Source: the human T2T-CHM13v2.0 reference genome, Homo sapiens. Taken from it: a DNA stretch of 64,000 nucleotides. The stretch lies in NCBI RefSeq assembly GCF_009914755.1, contig NC_060931.1, one strand, 5' to 3'. This document shows, piece after piece, positions 39,751-52,600 of the stretch (positions are counted from its first letter, which is position 1; the number at the start of each line of letters is the position of its first letter). Both the position numbers and the translations under genes were made by a program. The notes beneath the pieces were generated by a model that saw only the letters and a program-made list of their open reading frames with translations, was not told the origin of the DNA and made no database searches.

Positions 39751-41594
39751 CCAGCTGAAGGACATGGCAACAGGTTCTCTCCTATGGGACGACCTTGGAA
39801 ATGAGAAGGGGAAGGCATATGAAAGGAAGAGTCAGAGGTGGTGGATTCTTCTTATTAATTGTTCCAAAGAGGGGTTGAGACCGTGAAGAGCAGCACATGG
39901 AGCTCCGGGAGGGCTGGGAGCCGGGAGAAATAGAAAGCTGTGCTGCAGCTTGCTCTGGCAGGTGGGAAGGATGCCAGGAATGGGTGACAGTCAGCTGAGA
40001 TGCTCTCAAGGGAGCTGTGCCTGCCTCTGGTCATCCCAGTCCCTCCCGGTCAGCACCTTTGCCATTCTGCTTAAATTCTGCTTTTAAGAATAGCAAAATT
40101 CTTAAAAGAAAAAAAAACCAACTAGAGGTGAAATCAAGCTGCACTGCGAATCTGACTGTTAAGAATTTCAAAGACCCAGAGAAAATGTTACTGTGTGCCT
40201 TTCTAGTGGTCACAGGCTGACCACCCTCCGTGAATATGGGATTCTTCCTTGGCCTTAAAGAAGTGGAGAAGGGCATCTTTTTCATACACCTCAGGGGAAA
40301 AAATCACCAAACCCTCAAACAAAACAAATCTTCCTCATTTCTATTATCTTGAAACATTAGCTTATTACTTTCTGGCATTCACACAAGTCACTGAAAACTA
40401 TTGCAGAAGACTGAAACTGTTTAAAGCCACTTTCAATAAAAGTTCACTTAGCAAAACTTAAATATGACAGACAATTCCTCATGGCCCATTCCAAGCACAT
40501 AGACGCTGTCCAGTGACAGGGGCCAGGGTATTAAGTGGGATTAAGGGTCTTAATTACACTAAAGATGTAAAAACGATTCATGGTTGGACATTAAATAGGA
40601 GGATTGGAGTGACATGGCACTCTCTCCATCCCACGGGAAGAATTCACTGGGGAGATCGAGAAACTTACTGGAATCTCTGGGCTCCTGAACTGGGGTGTCA
40701 GGTTAGTTAGTGCCATGACTCTCAGATCCTGAAGGCGCTTTTCACCAGGCACAGTGAGGCGGAGGCCACCCCAGCTTACCGCAGGAGTCACCACAGCCAA
40801 AGCCTGATTAGTGGGAATGCGATTTATCAGAAGTCCAAAGTCCAAACTACATTTTCCCCAGCTCTGAAATGACTAAGAGGCTGGTGCTACAAAATATTGT
40901 ATCTAAAGAATACGATGCAGCCACTCTTTCCAGCTCAGCCTTCCCTTCTGTATGTCAGGGCACAAGTCCCTCCTGGTCTTGGGTAAGTCACAAAGCTTCT
41001 CAGAGCCTCATGTAAAATTAGCCACTCCCTAACATTTTATAAGGAGAGTTGAAATCATAGATGGTGACCCAAGGAACTTTAAGAGCCTTCATTGCAGAAA
41101 TTAAGTATATGGAATTGCCATTTTTGTGGTCAAAGATGGTCAAATATGAGTGCTCCACAATGGTTCAACCTAAGGTATTTGATTTTAGTCACTAGACTCC
41201 TCTAAAAAGAAAAAAAAAGTGAGAATGCAGGTAATTTGCAAAGATTTTTACCCAAAATTGAATAAGCTCTCAGTCTCCATCAGCCCCCACTGCCATTTCC
41301 AGTTGGTCTGCGGCTTCCTGCAGAGTAGCTGCATTTATGGCCTTTCAGTTACTGAGGAAAGACCTGCCACATCAGACTTGGAAGGCCAGCCAGAGGTCAC
41401 AGCCAAACACGGGGCTCCAGCCAGCCGTGTAGGTCACAGGGAGTTAGGGGTCTGCCCATGAAGCCCTCAGCTTGATGGAGCCCTGCAAATATGATACCGG
41501 AGTGTGTGGAAGGAGGTACACGTAGGAGGGGCCAAAGAAAGTCAGATTGCCGTGTGCTCATGCTTCCTGCCTTCTCCTCTATGGAGGTGGCCAA

Positions 41595-41900
41595 GGACAC
41601 TGTGAGGGGGGCCCTGCACCTGCCATACCACCGTGGGCCTGGGCTGTGGACACTATGAGGGGGACCCTGCCCCTGCCGTATCACCGTGGGCCTGGGCTGT
41701 GGACACTATGAGGGGGACCCTGCCCCTGCCGTATCACCGTGGGCCTGGGCTGTGGACACTATGAGGGGGGCCCTGCACCTGCCGTATCACCGTGGGCCTG
41801 GGCTGTGGACACTATAAGGGGGGCCCTGCACCTTCCGTATCACCTTGGGCCTGGGTCGTGGACACTGTGAGGGGTTCCCTGCATCTGCTGAGTCACCGTG
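41595..41900. repeat. Minisatellite, 53-bp unit x~5.7
   Basis: ggacactatgagggggaccctgcccctgccgtatcaccgtgggcctgggctgt; starts at 41595, 41648, 41701, 41754, 41807, 41860. Confidence 0.97.
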
Positions 41901-43131
41901 GAGAACTGGAAAACCCACCTGTATTTTGGGCCACTTGTCTGCCTGCTTGCTTTGCTTGAGCTTGTATTTTAAAAGCTTTATTTCTGTAGCTGAAAACTTT
42001 CCTAGTGAAAATCCGAATCCCCAGGAAGATGACATTATAGAACTCTTAACAGTATCACACTTTTTATGGAAAGGATTTGGAAGGGATTAGAACTTAATGT
42101 TCTTGAGAGGGAAAAGGCACAGGCCTGGGATTTGCAGTGAATAAAAAGATAAGTTACCCGAATGAGTTCCCGAGAAAACTGCCCACACGTGGAGGCCTTC
42201 CTGCCGTGCTGCTGGTTTGCATTGTGCACCACGGGCTGGAGACGGCTCTTCTCTCCTGGGGTGAACACACCTGCCCTCCTCCCTCTCCAGCCAGGACCAG
42301 TGAGTGCCCTGCCTGGCTGTGTCTCCATCATAGGCAAGGTGCACCCCTCACGCAGAGTCTGTTCACCTTGGTCATTTCGTTGTGTGCCTGCTGGTCTTAT
42401 TGCAGGACAGCCTTGTGTGCTGTGTGGGGTGTGTGCAAAGCTCTATGAGGTTGGCTTTGCACAGAAGTTTCACCCTCCTGGCTGCACATGTGGGGCCTCT
42501 TAGGGGCTCATGGCCTCCCTGTGCCCCCTTCACTGGGCTCCTCACGCTCGGCATCCTGAGGCAGAGCTTCCAGACCATCAGGACGGACACCAAGGGCCCT
42601 CGAGCGCGCACACACAATACCAGTTTATGGAGGTTTCAAAACCTAGGAAATGTTTCCATGCTGAGTATCTAATTCCTTGCACGAGTTCAACAGGTGAGGA
42701 ACTGAAGCCTGGCCCATTGGAGGGAGTGGCAGGATGTGGACTCCAGGTCTGGTTCATCGATAGTCTCAGCTCTTCTTTTCACCGAGTGAAGCCCATTAAC
42801 CAGGACCAAGGGCAGACCAACCAACACAGAGACAACAAACCATTGAAGGCACAGGAAGGATTGTTCCAGCTCCAAGGACTTCTCTCTCCAGAGCTCATCT
42901 TCCTGCTTTCACGGGCCTTCCCCACGCCTGTGTTGTTCATATCCACTGTTCTTGCCAGAACCCCGTGGTTCTGAATTCTCCTGATTCGTGCTTCCTCCAG
43001 GGCTCACCAATGGGCCAATATTTTCTCTTGAGGGCCACCTGGAGACATGCTGTGAGCATCGCAAAATCTCCTTCCCAGAGCCACGTCTCTCCCTTCTGAT
43101 TTCATCTTAGATTTTTCATTGCTCCCATAAT

Positions 43132-43310
43132 CTAGGGTTCTTGACTTTGGTTTCACAGTAACAAACACCCAGGAGGCTTTTGAAAAATGCTTAGACCTAG
43201 GACATCCCATGCCTGCAGATACTGACACATTTGATCCAGTTGAGGCCTTGGCCTCTGTGTTTTTTTTAAATTCCAGATAATTCTAACATGCATATGAGAA
43301 CGAGAGACAG
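43132..43310. mobile_element. MER5-type DNA transposon
   Basis: ggttcttgactttgg..cacccaggaggcttttgaaaaatgc..taattctaacatgca. Confidence 0.55.
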
Positions 43311-43439
43311 TTAATGTCATTGCAGGTTCTCAGTTTATTCCACTTACATCTTTAAATGACAGCTGGGTGATGTCGTCCAGAATTTATCACATCCAAATTA
43401 AAGGAAGGAAGCCTCAGGCACGGACTGCAGTAGTCCTTG

Positions 43440-43670
43440 CTGCCATTTACTGAGCATCTAATACACGCCACACAGCATGCTGCGTGGTTTACAGAGAATC
43501 TTATTTAAACCCTATGAAGCCCTGCAAGTTACTATTGCTTTATTCCCCCAACAGGTGAGGAAAGTGAGGCTCTCCGTGCTTAAGCGCTTCCTCTAATCAC
43601 ACTGCTTGTGTTTGGCAGGGCCAAGGCTCCTGCTGTTTGAATGGATCAAAAGACTGTGGTTTCCAGCATA
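43440..43670 (-). mobile_element. MIR SINE
   Basis: atttactgagcatcta..acaggtgaggaaagtgaggctc. Confidence 0.7.
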
Positions 43671-43864
43671 CGTCTGTGCCTCACAATCACACTGCACTTT
43701 CCGTCTGTTTAAATGAATGTGCCTTTAAGTCAGATACTCCCAGAGGCGCCTTTCAAGGGGCCCATCAGAATCCTAGGGAGGCTTTTCCAAACTGTACATG
43801 CTCAAGCTGCTCCTTGCCCCATCCTTGACGCCCCCTCCTTGACGGTGAACCCCCTTCCAAATTA

Positions 43865-44380
<516 letters not shown>

Positions 44381-46035
44381 ACAACAAAAACCAATCTTTA
44401 AAAAATTGCTTATATGAGCCACTACATCTTTTGGGGATGTGTCTTAGCATCAGAAGTATTAGGTCAGATGAAAGGTTGAACATAGGGTCCCTAAAAACTC
44501 TGCATGAGAAATTGGATATAATTGACCTTTCTGTCTGGAATAAATAAATTCTCAATGCACCTGCAGGAGATCATATTTTGTTATTAGGATAAAGTTAACA
44601 AAAAACTTCAGTGTTTACTGTCCCTGCCCGACGCTCATGGAAATCTTGGGAAAGTGGAAGAGCTACCCCCAAATCACCTGTCACTCTCTGCCTCCTCCTC
44701 CTGCTTGGAGTGCTCGCCATGGTGACTTAATGACTTAGCTGCAGGTGACTGACGTGCTCTACCCCCTGCCGTGTTTCCTGTATGTGCACCGCCTCCTCCT
44801 TCAAGATTTTAAGTTGTCCGAAAGAAAATGCTTCTCAGTGATCTCTGTTCTGCATTGCACATGTCCCTGGTACACACCCATGGGGTGATGGACGTAGGGA
44901 CTGATATGACACTGCATTTGACCTGGATTTTGGATGGGACAGCAGAGGACTCAGACTTCTAAATCCTAAACCATTCTAGCTCTTCTTTCTCTTTCTCTCT
45001 CTCCCTTTCTCTCTGGCTCTATAAAGCAGTGGTTGTTGGCTGATTCATGGACACATTTCAGCTTGTAAAACTTAGAGTGCTTGTTCATTTTTCTCAAAAG
45101 GAGATGTTCTGTCACATCCTCCATTGTTATAAATCATGAGAAGAGCACTCGTCTTCACTGAAGAGAAGGAGAGAAGGCGAAATGGTCCAATTCTTACTGA
45201 TGCTTTATTAGAAAGCCATGGTCTTCCTGACTCACGTAGTAGCCTCTAGCTGGAGAGACCAGTCTGGGCAGTATTTATTTCATTGTGAGGCAAATTAATT
45301 TTGTTATAGATTAAAGGAATTTTTGTCATTTTTAATGTCTTACTACTAGTACTTTATAAAAAGTATTTGTGATGATGTGGACATGCGTTTTACAACAAGA
45401 ACAGCTTCAGTGGTATTTAATGGATAACTTATTACCAAGAAAAAATTCTTCGGGCCTGCCTTACCTTGTAATTCGTGGCATTATCTTTGAGTGTTTTTGC
45501 TGCATAGAAGGAGGCGTGAGAAGTAGTGGGGAAGACAATGATAATCATACATACTTTGCCTGTTGATCCAGAATCCCTAAGAGCCACTATGAGAAGAAGG
45601 GAGTTGTCACTTGTCCACGAGGGAGAAACAGAACCTGGCTTTCAGAAGTGTTTCTAAAGCATGACTCCAGGGAAAACAAATTGATAGTGACTTCCACAAA
45701 GTCTTAGAAAACTCATTTCTGCCCTTTGGATACAATGCAGTAAGTTCAGGTCAGCTCAGATCTGCAATAAGAAATGTTATTACCACATTGATAAGATGCC
45801 TCAAATTTCAGAAATAAAAATGACAATAAAAATTCACATCCATTGACCTAAATTGAAAAATGATCATCAGCTCTTTCCAGTTTCTGATGGACTTGCTCCA
45901 GGGAATCAAGGCTGAGTACAGGAAGCTGTCTCTGTGGTCCTCCACAGACCTCCGGAGTGTTTCCACGTCTTCCCTGCTTAGGAGCTTCGACTCTAAGTCA
46001 ACAAGTTGAGAGGCCAATGCCCATAAAAATCAGGA

Positions 46036-46140
46036 CTCACATATTTCAGTAAATCCGGTAGGTTTTTCTGCTCACATATTTCAGTAAATCCGGTAGGTTT
46101 TCCTGCTCACATATTTCAGTAAATCCGGGAGGTTTTCCAG
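46036..46140. repeat. Minisatellite, 35-bp unit x3
   Basis: ctcacatatttcagtaaatccggtaggttt.. at 46036, 46071, 46106. Confidence 0.97.
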
Positions 46141-46231
46141 CCAGGCTTTCTAACAGGAAGAAACACAGATCTTCTGAAAGCACTTTCTCCTTCCATCCTC
46201 CCATAAATGTGATTCTGAAACCCCTTCCACT

Positions 46232-46418
46232 CAGGGTTGCCAGGTAGAGAGAGCCAAGTTAAATTTGAATTTTAGATCAACAATGAATTTTTTTTTAGTC
46301 TAAGTATCTCCCATGCAATATTTGGGACATACTTATACTTAAAAGTATTTGTTGTTGATCTGAATTTCAAATCTAACTGGGTGTTCTTTATTTTTATTGG
46401 CAAGATCTGGCAACTCTG
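46232..46418. mobile_element. MER53 palindromic hAT MITE
   Basis: TIRs cagggttgccag / ctggcaactctg; palindromic arms around tcccatgcaatatttggga. Confidence 0.92.
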
Positions 46419-46489
46419 TCAGAGCAGACTTCAATCAATTCTTGGGACTAGCTAACTCCATCCAAACCTGGTGGCCATTAGATAGCAAC

Positions 46490-46846
46490 TAATATGTTTT
46501 AGCTGTGTTCCCACCCAAATCTCATCTTGAATTCCCACGTGTTGTGGGAGGGACCCGGTGGGAGGTAATTGAATCATGGGGGCAGGTCTTTCCTGTGCTG
46601 TTCTCTTGATAGTGAATAAGTCCCATGAGATGTGATGGTTTTATAAAGAAGAGTTCCCCTGCACAAGCTCTCTCTCTTTGCCTGCTGCCATCCATATAAG
46701 ATGTGGCTTGCTCCTCCTTGCCTTCCACCATGATTGTGAGGCCTCCCCAGCCACATAGAACTGTAAGTTCAATTAAACCTCTTTCTTTTGTCAATTGCCC
46801 CATCTCGGGTATGTCTTTATCAGCAGCATGAAAACAGGCTCATACA
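46490..46846 (+). mobile_element. THE1B solo LTR
   Basis: Complete LTR cccacccaaatctcatcttgaattccc...gtctttatcagcagcatgaaaac; 5-bp TSD gcaac at 46485 and 46847. Confidence 0.95.
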
Positions 46847-47590
46847 GCAACTGAACCATGCCGCTCTGCCCTGGGAGCCATGAACGGCATGACATAGAAA
46901 CAAGGCTCCACTCTCCACTCTCTTTCTGGAACTTGAAAGAGCACATTCATTTTCCACTCACTGAAAGCTAGGAGTTTTGCACTTTGCCTTCATTTCTTTC
47001 AGCTAATTCTTATTCTAATTCTAAGAAGTTGATATTTTATTCCCATTTAGGACTAACAGGGAATAGGTGGAAGGACCAACCTCTGAACCTGTCTGTCGGC
47101 TTCCCACTCTTCCCTTCCGCTTCTCCCTCCAGAGAAGCCTGCCATAAAACTGGGGAGAAGACACATGGATAAACCAAGAGCAATGGAGAGATGCAATGTG
47201 AGTGAGTGCTGGCTTCAGGGCAGCCAGGCCTGTAGGAGGGACCAGGTTCATTCCCGGGCTGCCCATATGCCAGGAGGCTGCATGCCCCTGGCACCTTCTC
47301 GTCCCATCCCCAGGGCCCAGCTGTGAGCACCACACAAATGGCAGAACCCCCCGTCCCCCCCGCAGCAGTCTAGAAAAACATCAGAGTAGGCTAACAGAAT
47401 ACAACTTTGGGTAAAACAAGACAGCAAAAGATAGGATCCGATGACCTCAACGGGAGAGACCCTAGGGAGTCAGCTGAGAAACAGTGACCCCAGTTGTGCA
47501 GGAATTTCTAGAATTTTGTTCCTGAACGGCTGGACCCCATACATCCCCATGCACCACACCAGGGTGTTGTCTGTGGGTGCCAGGTTCCGA

Positions 47591-49340
47591 GGGGACATCA
47601 CAGGTGTGGACACAATGCGGGTGTAGACGTAGAACAAGTGGGGACGTCACAGGTGTGGACGTGGTGCGGGTGTAGACGTAGAACAAGTGGGGACGTCACA
47701 GGTGTGGACGTGGTGCGGGTGTAGACGTAGAACAAGTGGGGACGTCACAGGTGTGGACGTGGTGCGGGTGTAGACGTAGAACAAGTGGGGACGTCACAGG
47801 TGTGGACGTGGTGCGGGTGTAGACGTAGAACAAGTGGGGACGTCACAGGTGTGGACGTGGTGCGGGTGTAGACGTAGAACAAGTGGGGACGTCACAGGTG
47901 TGGACGTGGTGCGGGTGTAGACGTAGAACAAGTGGGGACGTCACAGGTGTGGACGTGGTGCGGGTGTAGACGTAGAACAAGTGGGGACGTCACAGGTGTG
48001 GACGTGGTGCGGGTGTAGACGTAGAACAAGTGGGGACGTCACAGGTGTGGACGTGGTGCGGGTGTAGACGTAGAACAAGTGGGGACGTCACAGGTGTGGA
48101 CGTGGTGCGGGTGTAGACGTAGAACAAGTGGGGACGTCACAGGTGTGGACGTGGTGCGGGTGTAGACGTAGAACAAGTGGGGACGTCACAGGTGTGGACG
48201 TGGTGCGGGTGTAGACGTAGAACAAGTGGGGACGTCACAGGTGTGGACGTGGTGCGGGTGTAGACGTAGAACAAGTGGGGACGTCACAGGTGTGGACGTG
48301 GTGCGGGTGTAGACGTAGAACAAGTGGGGACGTCACAGGTGTGGACGTGGTGCGGGTGTAGACGTAGAACAAGTGGGGACGTCACAGGTGTGGACGTGGT
48401 GCGGGTGTAGACGTAGAACAAGTGGGGACGTCACAGGTGTGGACGTGGTGCGGGTGTAGACGTAGAACAAGTGGGGACGTCACAGGTGTGGACGTGGTGC
48501 GGGTGTAGACGTAGAACAAGTGGGGACGTCACAGGTGTGGACGTGGTGCGGGTGTAGACGTAGAACAAGTGGGGACGTCACAGGTGTGGACGTGGTGCGG
48601 GTGTAGACGTAGAACAAGTGGGGACGTCACAGGTGTGGACGTGGTGCGGGTGTAGACGTAGAACAAGTGGGGACGTCACAGGTGTGGACGTGGTGCGGGT
48701 GTAGACGTAGAACAAGTGGGGACGTCACAGGTGTGGACGTGGTGCGGGTGTAGACGTAGAACAAGTGGGGACGTCACAGGTGTGGACGTGGTGCGGGTGT
48801 AGACGTAGAACAAGTGGGGACGTCACAGGTGTGGACGTGGTGCGGGTGTAGACGTAGAACAAGTGGGGACGTCACAGGTGTGGACACAATGCGGGTGTAG
48901 ACGTAGAACAAGTGGGGACGTCACAGGTGTGGACACAATGCGGGTGTAGACGTAGAACAAGTGGGGACGTCACAGGTGTGGACGTGGTGCGGGTGTAGAC
49001 GTAGAACAAGTGGGGACGTCACAGGTGTGGACGTGGTGCGGGTGTAGACGTAGAACAAGTGGGGACGTCACAGGTGTGGACGTGGTGCGGGTGTAGACGT
49101 AGAACAAGTGGGGACGTCACAGGTGTGGACGTGGTGCGGGTGTAGACGTAGAACAAGTGGGGACGTCACAGGTGTGGACGTGGTGCGGGTGTAGACGTAG
49201 AACAAGTGGGGACGTCACAGGTGTGGACACAATGCGGGTGTAGACATAGAACAAGTGGGGACGTCACAGGTGTGGACGTGGTGCGGGTGTAGACGTAGAA
49301 CAAGTGGGGATGTCACAGGTGTGGACACGGTGCAGGTGTA
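47591..49340. repeat. VNTR, 49-bp unit x~35, near-perfect
   Basis: Unit gtggggacgtcacaggtgtggacgtggtgcgggtgtagacgtagaacaa; variant gacacaatgcgg in the first and a few distal copies. Confidence 0.99.
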
Positions 49341-49605
49341 GGCGTAGGACAAGTGAGAACCTCACAGGTGTGGGTATAGACATAGTCCAGGTGTGGACAC
49401 AGTGCAGATGTAGACATGGCGCAGGTGTAGACCCAGTACAGGTGTCAACACAATGCAAGTATAGACCGTACAGGGTGGCCACAGTGTGGTGTGAATGCAG
49501 TGCATTCTGGACACAGGGCAGGTGTAGACACAGTGTAGGTTTTGGCACCATGCAGGTTGAACATAGTACAGGTGTGGACACGGTCAGGTGCAGACACAAT
49601 GCATG
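49341..49605. repeat. Degenerate ~17-bp tandem array flanking the VNTR
   Basis: caggtgtggacacagtg / cagatgtagacatggcg / caggtgtagacccagta / caggtgtcaacacaatg. Confidence 0.85.
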
Positions 49606-52600
49606 TGTGTAGTTGCAGGGCTGGATTACGTGGGACTGACCTGGGCGTGTTCCCAGGCCCCTGGCTGTGATATGTGTGTGCTGTGGAGACAGAGAGAGGT
49701 TGTTTCCACACTCCTTCCTTCTATGTCTCCATGGCCTTCACCTTCCAGGGGCAGCCATGCCGAAGCTGGTTAAATGGAGGTGTGGGGACGAGAAACATCT
49801 GAGTCTGCTGTTGCCTGTGGCCTGAGAATGGCTGAGAGATGAACAATGGTCCTGAGATCTGAGCTGGGCCGTGAGGAGGAGGGTGAATTGCTTGGATTAG
49901 GATGCAGATGAGTGCCGGGCAGAGAGCCAGACAGGAGCTAGACACAGAGAGGCCCGTAGATTGCCATTTGTGGATGTCTCTGATTGATTAAACAGAGGGG
50001 AAATCAACTGATTTCTTGAGAGCAGAAACTATAATGGATGCTTTAATTTGGGCTCACTGCAAAGCAATTTGCTCCCAAGCTCCAGGCTGGTTGTGGCCAC
50101 CCTGGGGTGCACGGCTCGCCTCTGTCTCCTCTCTCCTCCCAGGTGGGCTCCTGGCTGGGGATCCAATGCTCTCTCGCTGCCCCCCACTGCCCAGCTCTGC
50201 TGCCAACTCACTCCTTCTTCCCAGGCCCCCTCCACCTGGAGTTGTCCTGATTCCACTCCCCTCCCCCGCCTATGCCTCAGGGATCTTGCCTCTGCCAGGG
50301 CTGGGCTGACGAATTCATTTGGTCACTTACTGGCAGATCACGGCCTAATGAGCTCCCCCTTCCGGCCCCACGGGATATTTTCATTTCCTCGGAGGATTTG
50401 CAGGGCCTTAGCCCAGAGGCTAAGGCATAACGTGGCCTGCAACCCACCTCCCACTCCAGAGATGAGCCCCTGGCCACATCTCGGTGCCACTGGTTCACTG
50501 GCCCATAGTGATACAGAGGTGGGCGCTAGGGAGGAGTGGGGACAATGCCAAGAGGAGCAGGGGAGTGCGTGTTCCCTTAGATAGGTGAGCAATGATTACG
50601 TGGCAATGAATGACCACCCTGGCACCTCCAGCCGCCCGGCGAGCACTGCTGGCATCCCGTGTGGGACCTGGATGCTACCAGCACGCAGAAGGGGAAAGCC
50701 AGGCAGGTGCGGCTGGGGCAGGAGAAGAGCACAGAAAGGAAGATGTTACCTGAGGAACCGGGCTCTGCTGCAAGCCGGGCAGGAGTGTGAGCAAAGACGG
50801 AAGGGGAGAGCGGGATGGAGGGAGACCACCGGGCACAGTCAAAGGCATCGCTGTGCAAGGAGGCAGCCTCTGGAGAGCCGGATGCCACAGGGTGTCCTGG
50901 GGGAGGTCTGGAGGCTGTGGTGGGGCCCTTGGGAAGAGCACCTGTGTACTCAGGTGAGCAAATGCCCGTGGGGACGGCTTGTGGGGCAACCTCCAAGTAC
51001 AGCTACCCCTTCCTCTGTCTCAGGAGGAGACGGTGAGCAGCAAGTTCTCAGCTGGTTGACTTCCAGGACTCACTGTTCTCTGCATCACCTGAGAAATTCC
51101 TGAGCAAGCTGGCGACCCAGGGCTCTGGCATTTGGAATGAGGGACTGGTGGAGGCCAGGGCAGCAGAGTTTACTGAGATGACAGGCAAATGGCTTGTGCA
51201 AGGGTGGAGGTGCCGAGGGGGGGAGGTGAAGGTGGCCTGCCTCTTTGGAAGTGTATTATGGTTGGAGGGGCTCATTGTGTGTGACAGGAGATGGGAGATC
51301 TCGCAAAATGGCAGAAGAGCCTCATGAGGCACTCAACTCCTGCCCCACCCGGCAGAGACGAGGGAGCTGGGCTCTAGGTCAGGTCACCAAGCATGGGTTC
51401 TTGGGCAAAACCACTTTGTTTCTATCTGTCTGCAGTACCTGAGGACAAGATTAGAGGCAGAAACAGCGTGATCCAAGAGCATGTTCTCTTGAGGCATTTC
51501 CCGCTTCAGGAACCCTGAGTTATCCACGACAAGGGAAGATGGGATTTTCTATAGAAGAAAAATACATTTTTTTTTTTTGCAAAATCCACAGCAATAGTAG
51601 GTGTCACACGTGTCTACATATCTCTGCATTATTCTGGTGGCCACAGTGCTGACTGGGTGCAGCCACTGCTTCCCTCTCTAGATGTGCGTCTCCAACAAGA
51701 ACACAATGCCACCTGGAGATGCCTGGCCTCGCAGGCAGAGTCCCCAGTGGGTATCCCTGATGACACAGGGGGACCCCTCCAGGGCCAGCCCATGTTGTCG
51801 TTGCTGGTCCATGGAGGTCTCTATATTCATGTCTGTGTTTCTGAGATTGTCAGGAGACAGGAGAGTGTGGGCAGAAATGCCAGGAGTGAGAGCCTAGTCC
51901 CGACCCAGACGCAGCCTCCATCCTGGCCTGCAGCCTTCTGTCTTCTCGCCTCGGGCCCCAGACAGTAGGAATTCGTTTGCACCTTTGTTTATCTGTTCAC
52001 CTATTCTTTCAAACACACAATGTGTTCAGCGTTTCCTATGTGCAATGCCATCATTAATCATTAGATCATTAATTGTTTCTGCCCTGGGGAGGCTTTAATG
52101 GACTATACGTTGGGGTATTGGAGCCCTGGACTGGCAAGGACAGTGGCCTTGACGTGTTGGGGGGAATGTTCCTCACGATCATTTCTGTGTGTTAGTGTAG
52201 GGGGAGCAAATGTCAGGATGGGGCATAAAATACCTGTGTCATTGTCTAAGGCTGAGTGTCAGGTGAGGCGGAGCCAGGCCTCGGCCCGGCCTCCCTAGAT
52301 CCCCTCATCTTTCCAGGCCCCCAGCGTGCAGGAGCACCCCTCTCCAAGCTGACTGTGTCCAGTTGCTTTTCCAATCACCGAGTCGGCTTCTATTTGATCA
52401 CCAGATAAGAATGGGATTAGTACGATTTGGGCTGTTTGAATGATTTTGAACAACCCCAAACAACAACAACCCTGCATGTGGCTTTGAAATAAGCCTTGAA
52501 TATCATCAGGTGACTGCTGATTACCTGTAGCAACCGCTTATTAACATTGGAAAAGCAAGCCCTCTAGATGCTATCAGCGAGCCTACCGAGGGGATCAGCT

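Noticed and set aside
47591-49340. CRISPR-like array
   Set aside because: The units are head-to-tail with no unique spacers and there are no cas genes. In primate DNA this is a VNTR.
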